In this document: in pieces, positions 29,277 to 38,512 of the stretch
Layout: every line of letters starts with the position of its first letter
Position numbering within the stretch: the first letter of the stretch is position 1
NCBI GenBank assembly: GCA_964636865.1
Contig: CAZWVJ010000008.1
Coordinates: forward strand, 862 to 64,861
From: an uncultured Syntrophomonadaceae bacterium
GTDB taxonomy: Bacteria; Bacillota; Dethiobacteria; DTU022; PWGO01
Reading direction: 5' to 3'
Length of the DNA: 64,000 nt
The notes under the pieces: generated by a model
The model's database searches: none
What the model was told of the DNA's origin: nothing
What the model saw: the letters and a program-made list of their open reading frames with translations, nothing else
Position numbers and translations under genes: made by a program

Positions 29277-30095
29277 TTATAACTCTAATATTCTTTGCGC
29301 ATTTGTGGAAAGCAACTTTTCTCTGGTGCTTTCCTTTAAGTTGAGCTTATTCAGTTCATCCAATACTCTTTTTCTGGGTAGGAGGGGATGGTCAGAGCCA
29401 AATAAAGCTTTATTAGCCAAAAGGGAATCCATTAGATTTATTACCGGTGCGGGAATATATTGAGGCGCCCACCCCGCGATATTAAAATAAACGTTGAAGT
29501 TTTTTTGCGCTACAGCTAAAGCTTCGTAAAACCAGGGATAACCGAAGTGAGCCATAATAAAGTTAACTTCGGGAAAATCGATTGCTATTTCATCTATAAA
29601 TTCAGGTTTGTTGTATTTTATCTTGCACCCTAAATGAAAATGAGTTCCGGTATGTAGTAACACCGGTATTTTTAAGGCACTTGCTTTTTCATAGATGGGA
29701 TACATTAGCTTATCGTTAGGACAAATTTCAATAAGGTGGGGGATAAACTTTAATCCTTTAAGCCCCAATTCATTGACTGCATATTCCAAATCTCGGAGGG
29801 CAATTTTCCCCTTGTGGGGGTCTACGGAGGCAAAACCGATTAACCTTTCTGGATGCTCCTGAACTGATTCTGCTACCAATTCATTGGATATTTTATAACC
29901 TTTTTTAGTTTCGGCATCAATAGCTACTACTACTGATTTGTCCACTCCCGCATTATCCATGTCTGCCAGGGTATCTTCTACATTTCCCTTAAAAAAAGAG
30001 GCGTACCCCATCATGTCCAATCCTTCAAGTTCTCCCTTTTGGACCATTTCAACGAACTTAGGGGTAAATAATTGTGCATGGGTATCAATTATCAT
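29277..30095 (-). CDS. amidohydrolase-2 family (PF04909-like) metal-dependent hydrolase
   Basis: N-terminal IIDTHAQ metal-binding motif. Internal HTGTH and MAHFG. Late FGSDHP motif. 272 aa. GGGAGGG RBS. Confidence 0.8.
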   Translation of the reverse strand: MIIDTHAQLFTPKFVEMVQKGELEGLDMMGYASFFKGNVEDTLADMDNAGVDKSVVVAIDAETKKGYKISNELVAESVQEHPERLIGFASVDPHKGKIALRDLEYAVNELGLKGLKFIPHLIEICPNDKLMYPIYEKASALKIPVLLHTGTHFHLGCKIKYNKPEFIDEIAIDFPEVNFIMAHFGYPWFYEALAVAQKNFNVYFNIAGWAPQYIPAPVINLMDSLLANKALFGSDHPLLPRKRVLDELNKLNLKESTREKLLSTNAQRILEL

Positions 30096-30260
30096 TTTAT
30101 AACCCTCCCGTTAATTTGTTTCAAAAAAGTAGGAAGTAGTATAAGCCATATGAAATGAGATTATGGCAGGATCACATTTACCGTTTACTTTTCCAACTTT
30201 CACTTATTCTTATATTATCAAATTTATAAATTATTTTATATATAAAATTCCTTTTCCTTT

Positions 30261-30610
30261 CCACAGGCACGGGGACGGTTGTGTTGCCTCATGTCTCACA
30301 CAGGTGCTGGGGCGGGAGTCTGTGTGATAAATCATGTTTTCGGATTTGTAAGTGCTAAAAGTGGGAAAGCAATGCAAAAATGCAACCATATTAACATCAC
30401 AATCCCTAAATTGCCTTATAAAATGAGGGAGGAATGGGGATAAATATTTTTGGTGCAAATTTATCACACAGCCTGATGGTTCTGTTGCCTTAGGGACAGG
30501 TGCCTTCCCTTCGGCCTTAGCTTCGCTACGGGACGCTTGAACCGTTCACGTGGTTTAAAAGGCAAAGGAACCGTCCCCGTGCCTTGAAGGAACCGTCCCC
30601 GTGCCTTGTG
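30261..30610. repeat. GC-rich nested inverted-repeat element with a tandem 22-nt unit
   Basis: AGGCACGGGGACGGTT (30265-30280) is the reverse complement of AACCGTCCCCGTGCCT, which is present twice (30569-30584 and 30591-30606). An inner 13-bp perfect inverted repeat pairs CTGTGTGATAAAT (30320-30332) with ATTTATCACACAG (30459-30471). Confidence 0.75.
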
Positions 30611-30853
30611 GCTTGCCATAAAAGTTTCGCTGTAGTGTTAGATGGTATTTTTTTAAAAACATTATTAAAAGATAGGCAAAATTGAAAGGTTTTAAAAGAG
30701 TTTAGTAGAATATATCTTATATGTCCGATAATGTTAAATAATAATTGAGGCTTTTGCCGGGATTATTATTTAAAAGCATATACATAAGTATTAATTAATA
30801 TAGTAAATGGTTATATAAAAATTATTTATTGAATAAGCTAAGGAGGTGAAAAT

Positions 30854-31384
30854 ATGAGTAATAAAAGCTATAAAGATGTTGAGCCCGGTGATAAGGCGGC
30901 CCAAAAAGCTATTGTGACGGCACTTTTATTTTTTATGGGAAGGGCTATGCCGGCAATTGCCCAGAAAGATGAAGAGGTAAAGAAAGAAATAGATCAATGG
31001 GAAGAAGGTTTTTCTTTTTTGTTTGAAATATTACCTGATGGACCTTACCTGGCCATGGAAAAGAAAGAGGGTATGCTACAATTTGTTGGTATGGAAAGAA
31101 TAAATGCTGATTTAATTGTTTCTATCAAAAACATAGATTCGGCATTTAAAATGTTTACTACCCAACTCAGCAGTCATAATGCTTATGCTCAACACCGCAT
31201 GAGTCTTCAAGGGGAAAATGACAAAGCTCTGCAATTAATTCGCTGCCTAAATATAGTACAGTTTCTTTTGTTCCCCGGATTTCTTTCCAAGAGAATTTTA
31301 AAGCGCCAACCGGAAATGTCAAAGCAAAGATGGCTAACTCGTTTGTATGCTTACTTGATTGCTGTGCCGTTAGGGCGGCCGTAA
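30854..31384 (+). CDS. hypothetical protein, possibly SCP2-like lipid-binding fold
   Basis: Good RBS (AAGGAGGTG). ADLIVSIKNIDSAFKMF...MSLQGENDKALQLIRCLN loosely resembles the SCP2 C-terminal pattern. The assignment is tentative. Confidence 0.35.
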   Translation: MSNKSYKDVEPGDKAAQKAIVTALLFFMGRAMPAIAQKDEEVKKEIDQWEEGFSFLFEILPDGPYLAMEKKEGMLQFVGMERINADLIVSIKNIDSAFKMFTTQLSSHNAYAQHRMSLQGENDKALQLIRCLNIVQFLLFPGFLSKRILKRQPEMSKQRWLTRLYAYLIAVPLGRP

Positions 31385-31433
31385 GTATTAAATTAACCAG
31401 TAAAAAATAAATCCTGAGGAAAGGAGTTTTAAA

Positions 31434-32621
31434 ATGATACCTTCTTATTATGAATATTATAACCCGGTGAAAATTATTTCCGGTCATGATGCTTTGGAAA
31501 GTGTAGGCCATGAGCTCAAACTTTTAGGAGCCAAAAGGCCTATATTGATTACTTTCAAGACTGCTGTAAAATTAGGGCTAGATAAACAATTAATTGATTC
31601 CTTCGGTGGTTATGATGTCACTATAGGAGCAATTTACAGTGAAACTCCTCCTGATTCTTCGAATCTGGTGGTAAATGAAATAGCCAGAATGTACAATGAA
31701 AATAATTGTGACTCTATAATTGCCCTGGGTGGAGGCTCGGTGCTGGATACTGCCAAAGGGGTTAACATTGTTGTTACCGAAGGTGCCCATGATTTGATGA
31801 ATTATGTGGGGGCTGAACATTTGACCAATAGGATGAAACCCCTTATTGCTATTCCTGCAACGTCAGGCACCGGTTCGGAAGTAACGCTGGCTGCAGTAAT
31901 CAACAACGTAGAAAAGGGGCGTAAAATGGCTTTTACTTCTTATAGACTAATTCCCGATGTAGCCATTTTGGATAGCCGTGTTACTTTATCTGTGCCGCCC
32001 CGACTCACTGCCGGTAGTGGCATGGATGCCTTAACTCACGCAGTGGAGGCTTATTCATGTATTCAAAAAAATCCTGTTAGTGATGCTTATGCCATGTCGG
32101 CAATTAGCATGCTTCGTGATTATTTGGTAAAGACACTGGAGAAACCTAAAGACAAAGATGCACGTCTGGCTACAGCAAATGCTTCTTTGTTGGCGGGTTG
32201 CGCATTTTCAAATTCTATGTGCGGCATTGTTCATGCTATGGGTCATGCCGCCGGGGCTATCGGGCATATACCTCACGGGGAAGCCATGGCTATTTTGCTG
32301 CCTTTTGGGATGGAGTATAACATGGATCTTTGTAAAGATTATTATGCCGAACTGCTTTTGCCTTTAGCGGGCCCTGAAGTCTATGCTTCTACTCCTGCTA
32401 ATAAGAGGGCTGCCAAAGCAGTAGATACAGTAAGGCAATTAAACAAAAAACTTAATGAATTAAGTGGAATGCCCATTTCCTTAGAAGAAGCCGGTGTTTC
32501 TAAAGGTCAGCTTAAATCAATTTCTGAGGCGGCTATTGATGATGGAGCTATTAATTTTAATCCTAAGGATGCTGATTCCAATGACATTCTAAAAATAGTG
32601 GAGAAAGCTTATAGAAGATAA
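31434..32621 (+). CDS. iron-containing (group III) alcohol dehydrogenase
   Basis: GGGSVLDTAKG NAD-binding motif. Metal-ligand histidines in DALTHAVEAY and VHAMGHAAGAIGHIPHG. 395 aa. Confidence 0.9.
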   Translation: MIPSYYEYYNPVKIISGHDALESVGHELKLLGAKRPILITFKTAVKLGLDKQLIDSFGGYDVTIGAIYSETPPDSSNLVVNEIARMYNENNCDSIIALGGGSVLDTAKGVNIVVTEGAHDLMNYVGAEHLTNRMKPLIAIPATSGTGSEVTLAAVINNVEKGRKMAFTSYRLIPDVAILDSRVTLSVPPRLTAGSGMDALTHAVEAYSCIQKNPVSDAYAMSAISMLRDYLVKTLEKPKDKDARLATANASLLAGCAFSNSMCGIVHAMGHAAGAIGHIPHGEAMAILLPFGMEYNMDLCKDYYAELLLPLAGPEVYASTPANKRAAKAVDTVRQLNKKLNELSGMPISLEEAGVSKGQLKSISEAAIDDGAINFNPKDADSNDILKIVEKAYRR

Positions 32622-32837
32622 TACTTCAAATGAGTAATTGAGATTTATCATTTCGATATATTCTAACGCTTTGACTCATGGCTCATAATACTAATATTTT
32701 ATGTTTAATGGAAAACCCGTAAAGCGATGATATTATATTTATGTGGAACTTACTTGTGCGCGCACGACACAAGCAAGCATTTAGTAATTCTATAAAGCTT
32801 AATTTAGTGAATCTATAAGGCTTAGAAGAAAGATTGA

Positions 32838-33758
32838 TTATAAATCTTCGGGGTTATGTTCTTGTAATAACTCTTGCCTTATCTCAAGCATTTTATCGTA
32901 TTTGAAGTCGAACTTTTGGCTTTTGTAAACTTGATTAAAGTTTTCCTGGTATTTTTTAGAATTAAAGTAGTCTTTCATAAATTTTGATAGCGGAAATATT
33001 TGCTCAGAGGGTTCGTATATATAGGGCTTATTAGTAGTACTATCAATTATAGTTTCCGTAATCATTCCCCATGCTAAGTCAGCAAGGGAATATTCTTGTA
33101 GATCACGTAAAACAGCCCTTAATATGGCTTCACTTGCAGGGTTGAAGAACTTAAATTTCTTAGAGTACATTAATGCCCCGTGAAAATGTTCCGGGATATC
33201 CATAAATCCATCCTTAAAAATTTTTTTGCCTGCAAGATACATTAGATCCATCATGTAGTTTAAGCTTCCCAGTCCGGGATTTTTTTGCCCCGGTAATTGA
33301 GGCCTTTTATGGTCAAAAGATTTGTAGGGATGTTGAGCAGAAAGCCATTCAATTACTGCCATGTCTAAAACTTCTACTTCATTATCATTTTCAAAAAAGC
33401 TCCTATCAGGTATAAATCTTGTTTCGGAGAGGCGGAGGTCAATAAGAAGGTTTTGCGGTTTCTTTTCGTTATAATAAACTCTAAGATAATTTATTTGGTT
33501 TTCATCTTTTTCAATATCTACTTGAAAATTGTCAAGTCCCAAAGAATTGAGATGCTTAGTTAAGCCCACTTTATTCATTAACTCCAAAATATTATTTTCA
33601 TTGAATCTGCTTAAGAACAAAGCGTCGCTTTTTTTTTGGAATGCTAAATGTCCCAAATCATCTTCCAGGTCAACTTCAAAGGTTTCCTCGGATAAAATAT
33701 TTTTGGTTTTGGTTGGTTTGAAATATTTTAAAAATGCGCTTTTATTGGAGGCTTTCAA
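32838..33758 (-). CDS. hypothetical protein (no domain recognised)
   Basis: 306-aa ORF with a TTG start 7 nt after AAGGAG. It stands alone, flanked by about 200-nt and 360-nt non-coding regions. Confidence 0.5.
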   Translation of the reverse strand: MKASNKSAFLKYFKPTKTKNILSEETFEVDLEDDLGHLAFQKKSDALFLSRFNENNILELMNKVGLTKHLNSLGLDNFQVDIEKDENQINYLRVYYNEKKPQNLLIDLRLSETRFIPDRSFFENDNEVEVLDMAVIEWLSAQHPYKSFDHKRPQLPGQKNPGLGSLNYMMDLMYLAGKKIFKDGFMDIPEHFHGALMYSKKFKFFNPASEAILRAVLRDLQEYSLADLAWGMITETIIDSTTNKPYIYEPSEQIFPLSKFMKDYFNSKKYQENFNQVYKSQKFDFKYDKMLEIRQELLQEHNPEDL

Positions 33759-34143
33759 GGGCTAACTCCTTTACCGATTAGCGTTATGCTTTTGCTTATA
33801 ATATATCATTTAATAATGTTCCGGTCTACATTTTTCGCAATTTAACCGGTAATCCGAAAATAATATAAGACTGCTTTTATTGCCGGCATATCAATGTATG
33901 TTTCTAATTTGAACGATGGGTTTGAGAAAAGATGAAAAAAATAATATAGTAAATTCAAAATTGGGTAAAAGGCAATTGACACTAATTAATTACTGCGTTA
34001 TACTTACTATTAAACTTTTCAGGGCTTATTTGTAGCTAATATATAAATTAATGCATTATCCCGAAACCGAAACTTTAAGTAGAAGAGGTTATAAGTAAAT
34101 AATAAATTTTTTCATTTTATTATAAATGAAAGGAGGATTTAAT

Positions 34144-34800
34144 ATGGTCAAAAATTTATTTCAAAGCAAGACTTCTAAAACAGAAGAGGAAATAGAGGTT
34201 TATTTGGATATTATTTCTAAAGCTACTATGATTTTTTATGAAGGCGTTAAAGATTATTTATTTAATAAATTGGATAATCTTGAAGAGCGTTGCCAGGAAA
34301 TTTCCGATGAGGAAAAAGAAGCGGATCTAAAATTAGAAGCGATTAAGTACAATCTTTATGCTTATATGCTGATTCCCGATTCCAGGGGTGACGTTTTAGA
34401 GCTTTTAAATGATCTGGACGATATTGTAGATACCACCAAACAGATATTATTGCAGATGTCTATTGAAAAGCCCCAAATTCCCGCAGAAATGGTAGATGAT
34501 TTCAAAATAATGACGAAAACTTCTCTTAAAGCAGTAGATGAATTAATCAAAGCTACCCGAGCTTATTTTAAAGAAATTAAGCTTGTGGGTAACTACGTAA
34601 ACAAAGTCTATTTTTATGAAAAAGAGGCTGATAAATTAGAAGCAGATGCTAAAAGACAAATTTTTAATTCCGATATGGTTACGGACCTGTCCCAAAAGAT
34701 TCATTTGAGATATTTTGTAGATAAAAGTGCGCTTTTATCGGATAAGTCCGAGGAAATAGCAAAAAACTTAATGGTATACACTAGCAAAAGAGAAATTTAA
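34144..34800 (+). CDS. DUF47 (PhoU-like) phosphate transport regulator
   Basis: All-helical protein of about 218 aa, immediately upstream of a PiT transporter, which is the classic DUF47-PiT pairing. The ATG at 34144 follows AAAGGAGG. Confidence 0.7.
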   Translation: MVKNLFQSKTSKTEEEIEVYLDIISKATMIFYEGVKDYLFNKLDNLEERCQEISDEEKEADLKLEAIKYNLYAYMLIPDSRGDVLELLNDLDDIVDTTKQILLQMSIEKPQIPAEMVDDFKIMTKTSLKAVDELIKATRAYFKEIKLVGNYVNKVYFYEKEADKLEADAKRQIFNSDMVTDLSQKIHLRYFVDKSALLSDKSEEIAKNLMVYTSKREI

Positions 34801-34961
34801 AAAGAATGTTTTATAATCACTTAAAGAATAAACTTTATTAAAATGAAGATTAATTTCTCCAAAAGAAAAAACGGAAATTTAGGAGAAGTTGTGGCTTGAT
34901 TACTTAAAGCTAAAATACATATAAAAAATGAAAATTTATTATAGGAATTGAGGAATATATA

Positions 34962-36014
34962 ATGGTAGCCAGTTTATTATTTTTGACAAGTGGACTTTTT
35001 ATGGGGTGGTCCCTGGGAGCTAACGATGCAGCTAATATTTTCGGGACTGCTGTGGCTACCAAGATGATAAAATTCCGAACGGCAGCAATAATTTGCAGTA
35101 TATTTATTATTTTAGGAGCCGTAATAAGCGGAGCCGGAGCAGCCGATACATATGGTGAATTAGGGGACATTAATGCTATGGCGGGAGCTTTTGTGGTAGC
35201 TTTGGCTGCAGCATTTACGGTATTGTGGATGACCAGAGCCGGCCTTCCTGTTTCTACTTCGCAGGCCATTGTGGGTGCTATAGTGGGTTGGAACTTATAT
35301 GCCGGCTATTCTACCGACATAGGTGCTTTAAGTAGAATTGTCGGTTCGTGGATTTTTACTCCCATACTGGCAGCTATTTTTGCCATTGGAATCTATTTTC
35401 TTGTCAAGCGAATTATTGAAAATTCGCATATCCATCTTTTAAAGATAGATAATTATACCCGTATAGGCCTTATTTTAGTAGGGGCCTTTGGCGCTTACAG
35501 CCTGGGGATGAATAATATAGCTAATGTTATGGGAGTATTTATAGAGACTTCTCCCTTCCAAGAGATCCAAATAGCCGGATTATTAAATTTGAGTAGTGTT
35601 GAACAGCTTTTTTTGGTGGGAGGTATTGCCATTGCAGTGGGCGTAATAACCTATTCTCACCGGGTGATGAGCACCGTTGGTTCTCGCATATTTCAACTTT
35701 CCCCTGTTACAGCATTGATAGTTGTTTTGGCTAGTGGATTGGTGTTGTTCGTTTTTGCTTCGGAAAGTTTACGGGAGTTTCTTATAGGAATGGGGTTACC
35801 TGCTTTTCCCCTGGTTCCGGTTTCACAGTCTCAAGCGGTGGTAGGGGCCATTATGGGTGTCGGATTGGTTAAAGGCGGTATCCATAATGTAAACTTTGTA
35901 ACCCTTGGACGTATAGGTTTAGGCTGGATAGCTACCCCTGTTGCTGCTGGAATTTTAGGTTTTATTGCCCTCTTTTTTATGGAAAATGTTTTCATGATGC
36001 CCGTTTACTTCTGA
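34962..36014 (+). CDS. PiT family inorganic phosphate transporter
   Basis: N-terminal GANDAAN signature with a second half-repeat (GMNNIANVMG). Polytopic membrane protein. Confidence 0.85.
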   Translation: MVASLLFLTSGLFMGWSLGANDAANIFGTAVATKMIKFRTAAIICSIFIILGAVISGAGAADTYGELGDINAMAGAFVVALAAAFTVLWMTRAGLPVSTSQAIVGAIVGWNLYAGYSTDIGALSRIVGSWIFTPILAAIFAIGIYFLVKRIIENSHIHLLKIDNYTRIGLILVGAFGAYSLGMNNIANVMGVFIETSPFQEIQIAGLLNLSSVEQLFLVGGIAIAVGVITYSHRVMSTVGSRIFQLSPVTALIVVLASGLVLFVFASESLREFLIGMGLPAFPLVPVSQSQAVVGAIMGVGLVKGGIHNVNFVTLGRIGLGWIATPVAAGILGFIALFFMENVFMMPVYF

Positions 36015-36097
36015 GATAGACAAAATGTTTGGCCCCCTCAAATAATTTAATCATCTCACTTAATTAATCTCCGTTCTTCTTTGTAAAAATAATAAAT

Positions 36098-36125
36098 AAA
36101 GGTGTCGGTCCTTGACATTGACACA
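36098..36125 (+). repeat. intergenic repeat family A, copy 3 (core only)
   Basis: AAAGGTGTCGGTCCTTGACATTGACACA. 26 of 28 nt are identical to the core at 28932. Confidence 0.75.
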
Positions 36126-36302
36126 AAAATACAAATAATACATTTAACTGATTAAGCAAAATTATTTGCCATGGTGCCGTTTTTATAGTTTAGAAAAAAT
36201 TTATTAAGGTATTTCCCTTATACCTGGAATTATGATAAAATAATTTTGCAAAAATATTAGTACTAATCAGAAAAAATTGACTATATATTTTGAAGAACCT
36301 AA

Positions 36303-37601
36303 ATGAAGATGGGGTGGCTATTTATGAAGGGGGAAAAGGGGAATGATAACCTTCAAACTCCTAATTTAGAAAACGGGACTAAGCATAATACAATTACTAA
36401 AGGTGATAAAGAGCTTTTATGGGCTATTAGTCGGGTTTCAGCTGCAATTAGCGGCCTGGGAAATCTTGATGCAATCTTAAAAGTTGGGTTGGATACCACT
36501 CTTAGGTTTATTAACGGAAGCAGGGGAGGTATTATGTTATTAAACGAAGAAAACGAGGTTCTTGAATACCGTGTTTCCCGGGGACTATCCAATCGTTTTT
36601 CCGAAGAAATGTATATGAAGTTAGGGGAAGGAATAGCCGGGAAAGTGGCTCAAAGCGGAAAAGCGACACTTGTAGATGACATTTCTGCGGAGCCTGATGC
36701 AACCCGCCCCGATTTAATCAGTTTAGAGGGGTTGAGAGCATTCGTGAGTGTTCCTCTAAAGGTTAAAGAAAAGGTTTTAGGGGTTATGAATTGTACCAGT
36801 CAAGAACCACACAAGTTTACACAAAAAGATTTTCACCTCTTACAATCTATCGGAGATCAATTGGGCATTGCTGTGGAGCAGGCCAAACTTCAAGAGCGGT
36901 TGAAAGAGAGTCGGGAAAGGTATCGGCAATTAGCGCGTCAGATTATCATCACCCAAGAAGAAGAGCGCAAGAAAGTAGCCCGTGATCTTCATGATGAAAC
37001 CAGCCAAATCATGGCGGGCCTGGCTCTTAATTTACAGGCCCTTATTGAGATGGCGGAAAGCATTGGCATTCAAGATCAAAATTTTAGAGAAATACTTCAA
37101 AAAACTCATGATTCAACAGTCCAAATCCATACGGAAATTAGCAGGATAATTGCGGATCTCCGTCCGACACAGCTTGATACTTTAGGCCTTGTGGCTGCTA
37201 TCCGTCAACACATCCACTCAAATATGGCTTCCCGGGGGATAAATGTCCATTTTGATCTGGATTCCATAGAGAAGCAACTTTTACCCGAAGAAGAATTAAG
37301 TATATTCCGATGGGCACAAGGTGCTGTAGGGAATATTATTCAACATGCGCAGGCAGAAAATGTGGAAGTATCTTTAAAACAGAAAGAAGAAAAGTTGATA
37401 TTAACTATCAGCGATGACGGAAAAGGGTTTGAAATTGACAAGCTCACTGAGATGAGAGAAAAAGGCCGGGGCTATGGCCTCTTGAACATGAAGGAACGAA
37501 TGATCCTCATCGGGGGGAATTGTTCTGTGCAAACACAACCGGGTGAAGGGACTACAGTCACTGCAGAACTACCGTTGTCCGGCAGAGAGATAGTAAAATA
37601 G
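36303..37601 (+). CDS. GAF-domain sensor histidine kinase (HisKA_3 / NarX-type)
   Basis: GAF-like N-terminal half. H-box ARDLHDETSQ. HATPase_c motifs (DDGKGF, GYGLLNMKER, GEGT). Confidence 0.85.
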   Translation: MKMGWLFMKGEKGNDNLQTPNLENGTKHNTITKGDKELLWAISRVSAAISGLGNLDAILKVGLDTTLRFINGSRGGIMLLNEENEVLEYRVSRGLSNRFSEEMYMKLGEGIAGKVAQSGKATLVDDISAEPDATRPDLISLEGLRAFVSVPLKVKEKVLGVMNCTSQEPHKFTQKDFHLLQSIGDQLGIAVEQAKLQERLKESRERYRQLARQIIITQEEERKKVARDLHDETSQIMAGLALNLQALIEMAESIGIQDQNFREILQKTHDSTVQIHTEISRIIADLRPTQLDTLGLVAAIRQHIHSNMASRGINVHFDLDSIEKQLLPEEELSIFRWAQGAVGNIIQHAQAENVEVSLKQKEEKLILTISDDGKGFEIDKLTEMREKGRGYGLLNMKERMILIGGNCSVQTQPGEGTTVTAELPLSGREIVK

Positions 37602-37674
37602 TAAAACATCAAAATTTGATTCCCTACATAAAGACTAATATATTTCATAACCTTTTGGGAAAGGTGAATTAAAA

Positions 37675-38328
37675 ATGGAAAGGATAGAGTTATTGGTAGT
37701 AGATGATCATGCTATTGTCCGCGAAGGCATCTGCGCCTTATTGGAAACTTCTCCCGAGACCGTGGTTTTGGGGGAAGCAGCTAATGGTTATGAAGCTCTG
37801 GAAATGCTCACAAAGTTACAGCCGGATGTAGTGTTAATGGATATAGTTATGCCGATTATGGATGGCTTTGAAGCTACCCGCCGTATTTGTAAAGATTACC
37901 CTTCGGTAAAAGTATTGATATTAACTCAATATGATGACCGGGAACATGTGTTTGAAATTATTGAAGCAGGGGCTGCCGGATTTATTAACAAATCTGTGGT
38001 GTCTACTGAACTAGTCAATGGTATCCGAGCGGTTTATCATGGCAATTCATTTTTATCTCCCCAGGTGGCAAAATACCTGGTGAATGACTTACAGACAGAC
38101 AATTCGGTGAAAAAAAACCGGGATCCTTTCTCAACTTTAACCGGCCGAGAACGAGAAATCTTTAAATTGCTGGCGGAAGGATATACCACCCGTGAGATAT
38201 CGGAATATTTGGTGTTAAGCCCTAAAACGGTTGAAGGACATAAAACAAGGCTTATGAGCAAACTGGATCTACATAACAGGGTAGATTTGGTAAAGTATGC
38301 TATGCGTAAAGGAATAATTGTTTTTTAG
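37675..38328 (+). CDS. NarL/LuxR-family response regulator
   Basis: REC domain (VVDDH, PDVVLMDIVMP, ILTQYDD, GFINKS) plus a LuxR HTH (LTGREREIFKLLAEGYTTREISEYLVLSPKTVEGHK). Confidence 0.9.
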   Translation: MERIELLVVDDHAIVREGICALLETSPETVVLGEAANGYEALEMLTKLQPDVVLMDIVMPIMDGFEATRRICKDYPSVKVLILTQYDDREHVFEIIEAGAAGFINKSVVSTELVNGIRAVYHGNSFLSPQVAKYLVNDLQTDNSVKKNRDPFSTLTGREREIFKLLAEGYTTREISEYLVLSPKTVEGHKTRLMSKLDLHNRVDLVKYAMRKGIIVF

Positions 38329-38426
38329 TTATAAATGCAAAATCCTCGCGTATGCATTGCCTTAACGAAAATTTAAATATCTCTTCGGCTTTATGCTGGA
38401 AATGAATAAAATTATGTAAGTAACCG

Positions 38427-38447
38427 AACCATTAACATGGTTTTTTT
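38427..38447 (+). terminator. short hairpin plus T7
   Basis: AACCAT-TAAC-ATGGTT followed by TTTTT. It lies about 100 nt after the regulator stop. Confidence 0.45.
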
Positions 38448-38463
38448 ATGTACTTGTGAAGTA

Positions 38464-38512
38464 CTCCTGCTTCTAAAAGCGGGAGCTTCCTGCTCAATAC
38501 GGCTCATGTCGC
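38464..38512 (+). repeat. intergenic repeat family B, copy 2
   Basis: CTCCTGCTTctaaAAGCGGGAG hairpin overlapping GGAGCTTCCTGCTCAATACGGCTCATG, the same core as at 20286. Confidence 0.7.

Noticed and set aside
30434-30493. 19-codon ORF (MGINIFGANLSHSLMVLLP) after AGGGAGG inside the nested inverted-repeat element
   Set aside because: The Shine-Dalgarno-like sequence is only 1-2 nt from the ATG. The ORF runs across the repeat arms. The ORF-track 78-aa reverse ORF (30231-30467) likewise reads through repeats. Both are most likely non-coding.
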